Positions 1-12,600 of a stretch of DNA of 64,000 nucleotides are shown piece after piece. The stretch's first letter is position 1, and each line of letters begins with the position of its first letter. Origin of the DNA: Paraspadella gotoi (Eukaryota; Animalia; Chaetognatha); contig CM119268.1 in NCBI GenBank assembly GCA_051294375.1, positions 21,596,010-21,660,009 of the forward strand, read 5' to 3'. The notes below the pieces were generated by a model. It saw only the letters and a list, made by a program, of their open reading frames with translations. It made no database searches and was not told the origin of the DNA. Both the position numbers and the translations under genes were made by a program.

Positions 1-203
1 TATCTGAACAAAATGTTGCAGACCTATTCTGCAATTTCGTTAAATTTTACATGTTGATATTACGTAAGTTGATAGTTGATGGCCAAAAAGTCTTTAAAAT
101 CGGTACTGATCGTTTTTAAAGTCAACACTAATATAACCGTAAAATATCAGATTCGAAAACGAAAGTTTTAGTATTTCTTACAACGATTTTGTTTACAAAG
201 TAT

Positions 204-245
204 TGGACATGTTTCGACTCTTGTTTTTCGAGTCTTCATCAGCAT
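204..245 (-). ncRNA. Minimal type I hammerhead ribozyme (Penelope pLTR type)
   Basis: Minus strand reads tg-CTGATGA-A-GACTC-gaaaaacaa-GAGTC-GAAAC-AT-GTC-ca: full core, 5-bp stem II, palindromic ACATGT stem III. Confidence 0.85.
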
Positions 246-2049
246 TTGACAGTTGTATTTTTCACAATCATAAAGTTGGGGAGAGAGAGAGAGAGAGAGA
301 GATTCCAATAAAGAATTGAGAAAGGACAGTGGTCAGAATTCAGGACAGGNNNNNNNNNNNNNNNNNNNNNNNNNNNNNNNNNNNNNNNNNNNNNNNNNNN
401 NNNNNNNNNNNNNNNNNNNNNNNNNNNNNNNNNNNNNNNNNNNNNNNNNNNNNNNNNNNNNNNNNNNNNNNNNNNNNNNNNNNNNNNNNNNNNNNNNNNN
501 NNNNNNNNNNNNNNNNNNNNNNNNNNNNNNNNNNNNNNNNNNNNNNNNNNNNNNNNNNNNNNNNNNNNNNNNNNNNNNNNNNNNNNNNNNNNNNNNNNNN
601 NNNNNNNNNNNNNNNNNNNNNNNNNNNNNNNNNNNNNNNNNNNNNNNNNNNNNNNNNNNNNNNNNNNNNNNNNNNNNNNNNNNNNNNNNNNNNNNNNNNN
701 NNNNNNNNNNNNNNNNNNNNNNNNNNNNNNNNNNNNNNNNNNNNNNNNNNNNNNNNNNNNNNNNNNNNNNNNNNNNNNNNNNNNNNNNNNNNNNNNNNNN
801 NNNNNNNNNNNNNNNNNNNNNNNNNNNNNNNNNNNNNNNNNNNNNNNNNNNNNNNNNNNNNNNNNNNNNNNNNNNNNNNNNNNNNNNNNNNNNNNNNNNN
901 NNNNNNNNNNNNNNNNNNNNNNNNNNNNNNNNNNNNNNNNNNNNNNNNNNNNNNNNNNNNNNNNNNNNNNNNNNNNNNNNNNNNNNNNNNNNNNNNNNNN
1001 NNNNNNNNNNNNNNNNNNNNNNNNNNNNNNNNNNNNNNNNNNNNNNNNNNNNNNNNNNNNNNNNNNNNNNNNNNNNNNNNNNNNNNNNNNNNNNNNNNNN
1101 NNNNNNNNNNNNNNNNNNNNNNNNNNNNNNNNNNNNNNNNNNNNNNNNNNNNNNNNNNNNNNNNNNNNNNNNNNNNNNNNNNNNNNNNNNNNNNNNNNNN
1201 NNNNNNNNNNNNNNNNNNNNNNNNNNNNNNNNNNNNNNNNNNNNNNNNNNNNNNCTTATTGAACAACGAAAAGAGAGAAAAATTACACAATGTCAACCGT
1301 AAAATAAAAGAATTTTAATTATTCGATCACCAAAAAATTTATATATTCATCAGAGAGAGTGAGAGACAGAGAGAGATAACAAATCATAAAAAATTTCCTA
1401 ATAAATCAATAAAAGAGTCTATAAATCAATCATTCAATTAACTGATCAATCAGACAATCAATCATTTTGACAGAGAGAGAGAGGAAAAAACTTTAAAATT
1501 AAAGACAATTCAAATTTATAAATGTGAGCTTTGTTTTTTTTTATTTAACCTCTTTTCCACTAGTACGANNNNNNNNNNNNNNNNNNNNNNNNNGTTGGGA
1601 TGCCGATTGGATGGTTGTATTAGAATGAAATTTTGTGAGGTGAGCGGTAGGAAAATGTTGTGATCTTGAGTGCTGGATATAAAGTTCCGATGTAATCGTA
1701 ACTAGGTGGAAAAGAGGTTAAATATAAAAACAAGACAAAGGTCACATTTATAAATGTTGACATCGCTGTCGCTTTTGAATTTTGTAAAGTGTGTTCCTCT
1801 CTCTCTCTGTCAAATTGATTGATTTGTTGAATCAGCTTCAAGAATTGCAGCATGGATTTGACTTTATAGACTATTTTATTGATTTATTACGAAATTTTTT
1901 TATGACTTTGTTTATCTCGTCAGTCGCTGTCTGCTTTCTCTCTCTGATGCAATTAAGTACAATTTTTGCGTGATCGAATAATTTAAATCTTTTTTTACGG
2001 GTGCATGTGTAATTTTTGCTCTCTTTTTCGTTTGTTCATAAGATAGCAG

Positions 2050-3012
2050 ATTTCGAACCGAAAGTTTATATTTTTTGACAACGATTTTAGTTTACAAAGC
2101 TATTGAACATGGTTTTCGACTCATTCAACAGCAGTTTGGACAGTTGTATTTTTTCACAATCATACAGTTGGGATCGAGAGAGAGAGAGAGAGAAGAGAGA
2201 TTCCAACAAAGAATTGGGAAAGGACAGTGGTCAGGAATTCAGGACGAGGTGAAGGCGAAGGACAGGAGAAAGGGAAATTAAGTTGTTTTGAAATGATGAA
2301 AAAGAGAGAGAGAGAGACGAGAGAGAGAGAGGAGTAAGAAACATTACTATTTGAAGAATGTACAACACAAGATACATAATGAATCAGGTAAACTAAATGA
2401 ATAATAACAAATATAATTAAAAAGCTGATTTAACTAATGGGAGAAAATAAGTGAAAGTGAAATTTGAAGATAAGTGGTGGGGATAGGAAGTAAAGATTTT
2501 TAGGGAAAATTAAAGTTAGAAGAAAATCAATTGAGCTGCAGGAAGGAAGGAGAGAGTAAGTTGTATCACCTGCATCCAAGCAGGCAAAGAAACAGGCAAT
2601 CTCCCACCTCACCAGGTAGGTGATGAGGAGGGCAGGTCGGTAGGGCTTATCAGGCCAAAGAGATATTCGAGTGGCACTCTGCATCTTTCCCAAGTGGATC
2701 ACTATCCGATCCCAGGGTGGTTCGACTCTACAAAAATATCTTCTCAGCCTTTGAAGGTCAATGACCCGATCACATCGTCAGTTCCCTCATTTGCCCGGCC
2801 GGGGGGGGCAGCTCAATTTGAGCTTCTTTCCTAACTTAATTTTCCTCTAAAATCTTTACTGACCTATCCCTCACACCATTATTCCTTCAATTTCACTTTC
2901 ACTCTAATACTCCCATTAGTTTAAATCAACTATTTATTATTAATTTTGTATTATTCATTTAGTCTTACCGATTCACCTCGTTTATCTTGTTGTACATTTA
3001 AAAACTATAATT

Positions 3013-3044
<32 letters not shown>

Positions 3045-3330
3045 CTCTCTCTTTTTTCAACCATTTCAAAATTCAACTTATTTCACCCTTTCTCCTGTCC
3101 TTGCCTTCAACCTGTTCCTGAATTCTGACCACTGTCCTTTCTCAATTCTTTATTGGAATCTCTCTCTCCGTCTCTCTCTCTCCCCAACTTTATGATTGTT
3201 AGAAAATATACAACTGTCAAATGCTGATGAAAGTCTCGAAATAAAACAAGAGTCGAAAACATTGTCCAATACTTATAGATAAACAATAAATAGTTGTAAA
3301 AAATACTTAAAAACTTTCGTTTTCGAATCT
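2050..3330. mobile_element. Penelope-like 3' fragment with inverted pLTR arms (~2050-2538 and ~2808-3330); repeated at +2863
   Basis: The arms are reverse complements (ttgagctgc/gcagctcaa, (GA)n/(CT)n, hammerhead remnants in both). The loop is homologous to ~7970-8190. Confidence 0.65.
3222..3268 (+). ncRNA. Minimal hammerhead ribozyme, noisy copy (repeated at 6085-6131)
   Basis: tgCTGATGAaagtctc..gagtcGAAAacattGTCca: the 204-245 motif with single-base indels. Confidence 0.65.
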
Positions 3331-5875
3331 GGAGTTTTACATATAGTGTGACTTAAACGTCAGTTAACCGATGTTTAAAGACTTTTTTGGCCGGATCAAA
3401 CTATCAACCTAGCGTAAATTATCACAGGTAAATTTAACGGAAATTGGCGAGGAGTAGGTCTTGCAACATTTTGTTCAGGATAGACTATTATTACTCAGTC
3501 CAAAACCAGGGATGCGAGGCGGATTCCTCGCCGCCTCCACGTCGCCTGCCTCCAGAGATCCTCCGCGTCCGGTTTTGGCGTTCGCCTCTTTCTCATTCTT
3601 TTTAGCCCGGATCGCCTCCCGAGTTCGCCTCCTTAACGCCTCGCTTTTGTTAAAAAATAATTTGAATGGATGTTGATATTATTTTTTTTATTAAGATCAA
3701 TGGGTGTGAAAATCTGAATGTTATGTTTAAAATTAATAAATAAATAAATAAAATTTTTTTTTATTTTTAAATGAATATGCTTTTACTTTTCAATCTTTTT
3801 AACAAAAAATATAAACAGGAGTCAATACATTATTAGAAGAAGAGGGCGGAGAGAGAGAGAAAGAAGATTGGATAGAAAAGAAGAGATAAAAGAAGAGAAC
3901 AAAAAAGGAAATGGGGAGAGAAAGAGATACAAGCTTTTCTAAAAAACATACTTAGGAAAAAGGATCATTATTGAGAATAAGGACAAAATTTATTTTTATA
4001 TGACTTTATTTCATTTCTTCTTTATTTCTTCTTATTCCTCTTCTTGTCCTTAGCAGGAAAGGTAATCAGCATTAACAATGACGTAATCTTTCGATGTATT
4101 AGAGCTAATACATCGAGAAATACATTATATGTCATTCAGTAATCACAAAAAAATAAGTTTTTATTCATCACGAGTAATTGGAGTTTTTTGCGAAGGTGGG
4201 ACGGACGGACAGACAATTTTTTGGCATAATTTATCATAATTCGATGTTCTGACATNNNNNNNNNNNNNNNNNNNNNNNNNTTCGTCGGATCCCTACTCTA
4301 TATCAACATGTTCGGTCTGTCGGTTCCGCCCCTCAATCTTGTTCGGGATTAACTTTATTTCATGGTCAGAAACATATCGTGAATTATGATAAATTTATGC
4401 CAAGAAAGTTGTCTGTCCATCGTCCCACCTCGAAAAAACTCCAATTACTCGTGATGGTTGGGATGCCGATTGGATGGTTGTATTAGAATGAAATTTTGTG
4501 AGGTGAGCGGTAGGAAAATGTTGTGATCTTGAGTGCTGGATATAAAGTTCCGATGTAATCGTAACTAGGTGGAAAAGAGGTTAAATATAAAAACAAGACA
4601 AAGGTCACATTTATAAATGTTGACATCGCTGTCGCTTTTGAATTTTGTAAAGTGTGTTCCTCTCTCTCTCTGTCAAATTGATTGATTTGTTGAATCAGCT
4701 TCAAGAATTGCAGCATGGATTTGACTTTATAGACTATTTTATTGATTTATTACGAAATTTTTTTATGACTTTGTTTATCTCGTCAGTCGCTGTCTGCTTT
4801 CTCTCTCTGATGCAATTAAGTACAATTTTTGCGTGATCGAATAATTTAAATCTTTTTTTACGGGTGCATGTGTAATTTTTGCTCTCTTTTTCGTTTGTTC
4901 ATAAGATAGCAGATTTCGAACCGAAAGTTTATATTTTTTGACAACGATTTTAGTTTACAAAGCTATTGAACATGGTTTTCGACTCATTCAACAGCAGTTT
5001 GGACAGTTGTATTTTTTCACAATCATACAGTTGGGATCGAGAGAGAGAGAGAGAGAAGAGAGATTCCAACAAAGAATTGGGAAAGGACAGTGGTCAGGAA
5101 TTCAGGACGAGGTGAAGGCGAAGGACAGGAGAAAGGGAAATTAAGTTGTTTTGAAATGATGAAAAAGAGAGAGAGAGAGACGAGAGAGAGAGAGGAGTAA
5201 GAAACATTACTATTTGAAGAATGTACAACACAAGATACATAATGAATCAGGTAAACTAAATGAATAATAACAAATATAATTAAAAAGCTGATTTAACTAA
5301 TGGGAGAAAATAAGTGAAAGTGAAATTTGAAGATAAGTGGTGGGGATAGGAAGTAAAGATTTTTAGGGAAAATTAAAGTTAGAAGAAAATCAATTGAGCT
5401 GCAGGAAGGAAGGAGAGAGTAAGTTGTATCACCTGCATCCAAGCAGGCAAAGAAACAGGCAATCTCCCACCTCACCAGGTAGGTGATGAGGAGGGCAGGT
5501 CGGTAGGGCTTATCAGGCCAAAGAGATATTCGAGTGGCACTCTGCATCTTTCCCAAGTGGATCACTATCCGATCCCAGGGTGGTTCGACTCTACAAAAAT
5601 ATCTTCTCAGCCTTTGAAGGTCAATGACCCGATCACATCGTCAGTTCCCTCATTTGCCCGGCCGGGGGGGGCAGCTCAATTTGAGCTTCTTTCCTAACTT
5701 AATTTTCCTCTAAAATCTTTACTGACCTATCCCTCACACCATTATTCCTTCAATTTCACTTTCACTCTAATACTCCCATTAGTTTAAATCAACTATTTAT
5801 TATTAATTTTGTATTATTCATTTAGTCTTACCGATTCACCTCGTTTATCTTGTTGTACATTTAAAAACTATAATT

Positions 5876-5907
<32 letters not shown>

Positions 5908-7097
5908 CTCTCTCTTTTTTCAACCATTTCAAAATTCAACTTATTTCACCCTTTCTCCTGTCCTTGCCTTCAACCTGTTCCTGAATTCTGACCACTGTCC
6001 TTTCTCAATTCTTTATTGGAATCTCTCTCTCCGTCTCTCTCTCTCCCCAACTTTATGATTGTTAGAAAATATACAACTGTCAAATGCTGATGAAAGTCTC
6101 GAAATAAAACAAGAGTCGAAAACATTGTCCAATACTTATAGATAAACAATAAATAGTTGTAAAAAATACTTAAAAACTTTCGTTTTCGAATCTGGAGTTT
6201 TACATATAGTGTGACTTAAACGTCAGTTAACCGATGTTTAAAGACTTTTTTGGCCGGATCAAACTATCAACCTAGCGTAAATTATCACAGGTAAATTTAA
6301 CGGAAATTGGCGAGGAGTAGGTCTTGCAACATTTTGTTCAGGATAGACTATTATTACTCAGTCCAAAACCAGGGATGCGAGGCGGATTCCTCGCCGCCTC
6401 CACGTCGCCTGCCTCCAGAGATCCTCCGCGTCCGGTTTTGGCGTTCGCCTCTTTCTCATTCTTTTTAGCCCGGATCGCCTCCCGAGTTCGCCTCCTTAAC
6501 GCCTCGCTTTTGTTAAAAAATAATTTGAATGGATGTTGATATTATTTTTTTTATTAAGATCAATGGGTGTGAAAATCTGAATGTTATGTTTAAAATTAAT
6601 AAATAAATAAATAAAATTTTTTTTTATTTTTAAATGAATATGCTTTTACTTTTCAATCTTTTTAACAAAAAATATAAACAGGAGTCAATACATTATTAGA
6701 AGAAGAGGGCGGAGAGAGAGAGAAAGAAGATTGGATAGAAAAGAAGAGATAAAAGAAGAGAACAAAAAAGGAAATGGGGAGAGAAAGAGATACAAGCTTT
6801 TCTAAAAAACATACTTAGGAAAAAGGATCATTATTGAGAATAAGGACAAAATTTATTTTTATATGACTTTATTTCATTTCTTCTTTATTTCTTCTTATTC
6901 CTCTTCTTGTCCTTAGCAGGAAAGGTAATCAGCATTAACAATGACGTAATCTTTCGATGTATTAGAGCTAATACATCGAGAAATACATTATATGTCATTC
7001 AGTAATCACAAAAAAATAAGTTTTTATTAAAACATTGTTCCATCGCTCAATCTTTTCATCGCTCCACCATAATAGGCATGACACCTTCAGTCGTGAC

Positions 7098-7280
7098 CCG
7101 GTGTCTCAATGAGTAAAGTCCTCAACTCATGACCACTAGGTACCGGGTTCAATCACAACCCGGTAACTACCCTAAGGGAAGAGTGAGGACGGCCGTAAAC
7201 CACATTGAGGGCCGGGAAAACCATCAAGCCTGGTTCCAAGCCCAGGAACCGTTCCATTGCTGTTGAGGGGGCCTTTTTCA
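7098..7280 (+). mobile_element. tRNA-derived SINE-like element (similar heads at ~28285-28345 minus and ~55004-55160 plus)
   Basis: GC-richer island with degenerate A box (gtgtctcaatgagt) and B box (gggttcaatc). Confidence 0.4.
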
Positions 7281-7520
7281 CAAATATATCATACTTTAAT
7301 GTTCTAAAATACTTTAAGAAACTGATCAATCAAATTACGAGGATGGATCGACTAACCAGCCAAGTGAGTTTTAGTGTCAGGTCTGCAGAATAAGTTCCGA
7401 CTATAAAACCAAAATATGTGTGAAATAAAATAGTATATTGTTCGTCTTATTAGCTAATGAGCCTATTGGTTATTTTTGGTAGGATCATGAAAATTATTGA
7501 TCAACATCCTTTTCTGACAG

Positions 7521-7668
7521 AAAATTATGGACTGGAGTAACGAGGCTCATCGAATAGCGATCCTTGAAATCTTTTTATATCTTTCAAAAAGAGAATTTAT
7601 TCTAAGGGATTCACAAGGGATGCTTAAATATTTTATCAGCAATATTATGGTAGAGTACACCAACGAAG
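7521..7668 (+). CDS. Exon of tandem paralog 1 (KIMDWSNEAHRIAILEIFLYLSKREFILRDSQGMLKYFISNIMVEYTNE)
   Basis: Same length (148 nt), phase and donor sequence as 60673-60820. 35/49 residues identical by manual count, no indels. Confidence 0.88.
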
Positions 7669-7825
7669 GTAAATTAAAATATGATTTGTTTTCTGTCATT
7701 CAAGCTCCATTCTTGGTTCTGATTCCATCTGAAATGATCTTCTGGAGACTTCACAAAATAGGGATCTCTTTCTACTGATGCTGAGTTCTTTTAGCCTCAA
7801 TCTTTAAAGAAAAACAGTTTTTGGT

Positions 7826-8350
7826 ATGCAACAACGAATTTTATATTGACATAGAAACTCTAACATATTTTGACTCTATCTTGAGAATGAAATGTGAAAC
7901 GGAAAATAAGTTGTTAGGGATAGATAAATGAAGATGTTAGTTAAATTAAGATAAAGAAAGAGCTCAAAAAGAGCTGCCCCCCCCCCGGCCTGGCAAATGT
8001 AGGACGTTTGCGATAGGATCGGGTCATTTGCTTGTCATAGATTAAGAGGGTATTGTTGTAGGCTGAGGTATAATTCCCAACGCTATTCTAATATACCCTC
8101 TAGCCTTGATAAGCCTGCCGACGGCCCTCATCTCGCCTGACGACGAGTCGGGCATTATCTGTTCTGGCTTAGATGCAGGGGATACAGATTCCTCTCCTTT
8201 TTCCAGCAGCCATCGTTTTGGGCGACGCTCAGTGTGAGAAGAGTCACTCCAAGATGCAGTAGGCTCGGGAGAGGTATCGTGCGTCCATTGCCTGCTGAGA
8301 GGCCTCCGCCTGACCCGTTGAGTATGGACAACAGCGCGGAGTATAAATAC
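7826..8350 (-). mobile_element. Related Penelope-like 3' fragment
   Basis: Shares tgtatc..tgcatc, atgacccgatc and tttgcc.ggccggggggggcagctc with 2562-2815. Ends in the ataaaattcgttgtt motif found downstream of the hammerheads. Confidence 0.55.
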
Positions 8351-9699
8351 AAAACATGAAAATTCTAACTTCGAGGCCTCTTGATTTTTTTACTTAGATA
8401 TAAACTTATTACTTAGTATATAAAAAACTAAAATTCGATCGCCCAGTTTTCCCGTCCTCGCCAGTTTATAAATACGACCGAAAGTATCCAAAAAAATGCA
8501 AAAATTCAACATATATGAAATTAAAGTGTCGGTTTAATTAATATTTTTAACATATATTATTAGTAAAAATTAAAGTAATATAGACAGATTTTATACATGA
8601 TTAACATAAAATATTGATATTATAAATTTTTAAATTTTATGAATTATTCCTATCAGAAAAACTGAAAATTGAGAAAATGGGATGAAATTGGCGCCCATAA
8701 TAAATAAATAAATTATGCTTAAAACTTTTAAAGAAATGTTTATTTTTAATAAAATAAAATAATTGTCATAAGAAACAAGTAATTTTGGTTTGGGGGACGT
8801 GATAATAAACTTTCTGAAAATTGACAAAAAATACCGTACTTTTTTCTATTTATTGAGCAACAAGTGTAGATGGCTTAAGAGCCATTCATTACGACTATAC
8901 CAAATAATTTATTTTTTATCAATGAGGAATTAAAGCAGGTCGAATCGCTAACAGTTTCTGATAACAATGTTAGTATTATTTAGACATACGCACTGCTGGG
9001 CAGAATACCAGGGCTCAACAACTAAGCTTTTAAAAAAATGTAGAAACAGGTGATGAATTGTTAATTGCCGGTAGAATCGTAAATGGCAAAAGATAATATA
9101 GCAAACTTTTTTTTAAGAATTAGTTTAAAATTGTTTTGAAAAAGATTTGATAAATAATGACTTTACAAAATGCATCCAAAAAAATTTTTAAAAACATGTT
9201 GCCTAAAAAAATATAAATATTGAAGAATTCACAGGCAGCTTTTCCAGCGCCATGACACCAAGCGAGGAAACAGGCTGCCACACAGGCGCTATGAAAAACC
9301 TATTTTAAAAATAGGCCAATGGAGCACCCCCAAAATAATAGTAAATGGCATAAAAATGTATTTCATTTAGTGGGCAGCCACATTGAAATAAAGTCATAAT
9401 TCAAACTTTGTAGATCAGTAATTTTTGATATCGATATCATTAAATTATAAATTTATTATTTTAATGAAATCTTTTTTTGTATCTGTCTTTGTTTGGGAAC
9501 TGCTGTAACACGAGAAGCATCGCCTGGTCCTGGCTCTATAATGTTTTAGGATTGGCTTCTTTGTGACGTAGTCGTCGTCGTCTGTCGTCGTCGTCCGTCA
9601 CGCTTGGTTTTTATATATAAAATCTCTATGCTTTTATAGGTTTGTGTGGAACTTTACCGTTTTTTTTTTTAAAATTAAAAATTATTATGAATTATGTAA

Positions 9700-12600
9700 G
9701 TTTTAGCGTGCCTGCATACGTATGCTCTCCAGGACGTTAGTTCCACCGAGCAGCGTTAAAGCGGCGGCGGTTACGACGACGACGGAAGAACGATGGTGAG
9801 AAGAGCGGAAAAAAGCGACACGAAGGACTCGAGTCGTCGTCAACATGACGAGAAATGCGGCGGCGGCGAGCGATGGCGGCCGCGTCGCGAAGTTTCCCCA
9901 AACGAGAGAATCTTGAGAGGCGAAAAAGTCTAAATAAGAGAGCGACCATTCCGCCGCGTAGGCCCAGATGGCGCGGAGGAAATTTCTGCTCGAGTCCATT
10001 CGTCCACCTTTCGAGAAGAAATCATTCATTTCCGAATAAGAATGAGAGAATTGTACGATGCTGTCGAATTGAACGGAAAAGGCGAGTCTTTCCGGTGACA
10101 GAAATCGTAGCGGGGACCGGGCATCGTCGCGTACAGCTCCACTCCGCGCACGAGGGAGAAGAGAGTGGGAAGGCGCGGTCCCATTGCAACTCGGAGACGA
10201 CGGCTAAGCTGGGAACGGGAACCGCGTCACGTTGCAGAGCAAGGCCGGAAGATCTCTCGCGGCGTGAACCTAAATCTTTCGGCAGGGTCGCTTTCCCATC
10301 CAATCGACGAAGGTTTCCACGAAACAGTTGGAGAGTTGAAGGCCGGTGTTGGTCGCCATAGAAGGCCGGCTGGTTTCCCCCCTTTTTCGGAGGGTTCTTT
10401 CGATCCAGAATCGTAACATCCAGGTTTGACACGATGGATCTGGATATGATCGAAAGTCGGAGTCGAAAGCTCTGAGACTTCCGACGCCGCCGAGGATCGA
10501 AAAGTATGCTGCGCGTTGGGTTGATGGGTTTGACGCCCAGACGACGACGTTACGGGGATGCGGCGCGAATCCGCGTCGACGGCGGCGTCAGTTCAAGCGG
10601 AACTTTTGCTTGAAGAGCGAGATCGTATCTCTCCATCGGATTTGACGCCTGGGAAAACTTGAAAGTTGGTCGAGGACGGCAATTGAAGAGCCCCAGGAGA
10701 GCCGAAGAGGAGCGAATAGAGCGGCCGCCGACAAGCCGCCGTTAGAGCCGCGAGAGAGACGAACTGCCGGCGCGAGTAACAAGAAAACACGAAGGACGTA
10801 ACCAAAAGGCCGCTCGAAGGCGCATAGAGACAGGCAAAGACGTAGGGAAACCGAGCGGAAGATATGTAGAGACAGGGAGATTGTAGGTGGAGAAGAAGCG
10901 GAGATGAAAGTAGAGCACGGTAAGGATGAGTAGTGAGAGTTGAAAAAGAGATTTCGCTACAAGAGCGGCGACCGAGGCGTAAGAAGAAGAAAAGTCCTGA
11001 ACGGCGAACGATGGGAAGAGACGAGAAAGATGATGCGAGAAAAGCGGACGAAGCGTCAGCGAAGTCGAGAGCATCGTCAGGACGAATGGCGCAGAGCGAG
11101 AGGAGACGAGGTGGCCATTCGCGGGGAAGTGTCGGTCGAGGCGAAGACCTGAGAGTTTTGGAAGGAGAAGGAGAGTCGCCGAAGTTGGCCAACGGCGCTG
11201 CCGTACGAGGATCCCCCAACGGCGAAGTCAGCTGCGTCCGGTGGCGCTCTTCAACATGGCGCGATTGATTGTCCAGTTGGAAATTTGTTCCACATAGCGA
11301 AACGAAAGACGCAAGACGTCGTTCCGTTCCGACGCCCGATGAGGATTGAGGAACGGCGAGAAGATTCCATGAAGGGAAAGATGTCGACGCCCGCAGACGA
11401 CGACGTACACGAAGTAGGAGACGCCGAGGCGACAGCACGATCTGCAAGCAAGAGAGAAGACGGTGATCATGATAGATGCGGTGTAGAACCAAGTGACGCC
11501 GTTGAAAGACGCCGATCAAACGCCGGCCGCCAAGAACGCCGTGTCCCGTTTGCACGAGAGAAAATCGAAAAAACAATGAATTTGAAGGCCGAAATCGAAG
11601 GAGGAGATCTCTGAACGTCGTCGCGACGGAGGCTGGAGGAAGTGATGTTGTTGGTAGACCGGATTCAGCTCGAACGGCCGTCGCGATGGGGAAGAAAGGT
11701 GAGGGCGTGGCGAGGCGGGGGGAGGAGGAAGAGGAATGAAGACGCCATTGTGAAACGAAAATCCCGATTCGAGTATAAATTGAAAAATAAGATAAAAGAC
11801 GTGGTTCCCTCTGACGCAGTCTTTCGGTAACTGACGAAACCCATGGAGCGCGATCGTCCGCGATCAATCCCCTTGCTTCTCCCAGCAGCTCTCAGTCACA
11901 GACCCGTCAGACGAAAAACGGGGCGCAACGCCGAAGCAGCCGCTCGCAGAGCCGCCAGCGTCATAACTGCGAGTCAACTCGTCTGTCGCAGGATGCAACG
12001 GCAGCCTGACGGCGCTGGCGTAGTTGCTAAGCGAACGCTAGGAGCGGCAGGCAAGCGCCGCCGAGCATCAAACAGACTTCTTGGGTAGTTTTGTTGAGAG
12101 GTGACCGATGAATTCGCAAATTCGCCGAGAAGATTTAATTGAGGAAGAAGTGAAGAGGTTCAGCGTCCGCCGCGGCGTCTGCGGCGACACTGAGGCTGAG
12201 TGGAAGCGTAAGATTTGGGACGAGGAACATCGCAAATAAAATAATNNNNNNNNNNNNNNNNNNNNNNNNNGCAATAGAGTATAGAGAAGATGAATTTGTC
12301 GTTCATGAGTTGCATTTTCGTTTTCTATTCCTATGTGGTGTTTCTTTTTTCTATTTGTCTTGTTTGTACTGGGGCTGCTTCTTTTCTTCTTTTTTCGCGC
12401 TTTGATAAGGGTCATTCGATGGGGTTGTCTTGGAATTCAATATGAGTATGTTCCTTATACCAATCAATCATTTCAATCAGGATGAAGTCAAGGATGATAG
12501 ATTTCAGTGGTCCCGTAACCAGATCCATCTTAGTCTTATATATTTGGGATCTAGATATTGGTTCAGTTGTGTCGAAGGTGCATTGGGCTGTTTCTGTTGA

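Larger units (their letters stand above)
1594..7028. repeat. Apparently identical direct duplication: 1594-4165 = 4457-7028 (offset 2863)
   Basis: Six ORF-track entries recur verbatim at +2863, and the first copy lies between N-gaps. Confidence 0.95.

Noticed and set aside
316-1318. Long ORFs across N-runs (also 14192-14733 and 41526-41759)
   Set aside because: Artefacts of assembly gaps.
9703-12415. Overlapping Arg/Ser-rich ORFs on both strands as host genes
   Set aside because: Expected from GC-rich, frameshifted retroelement sequence; no coherent host protein.
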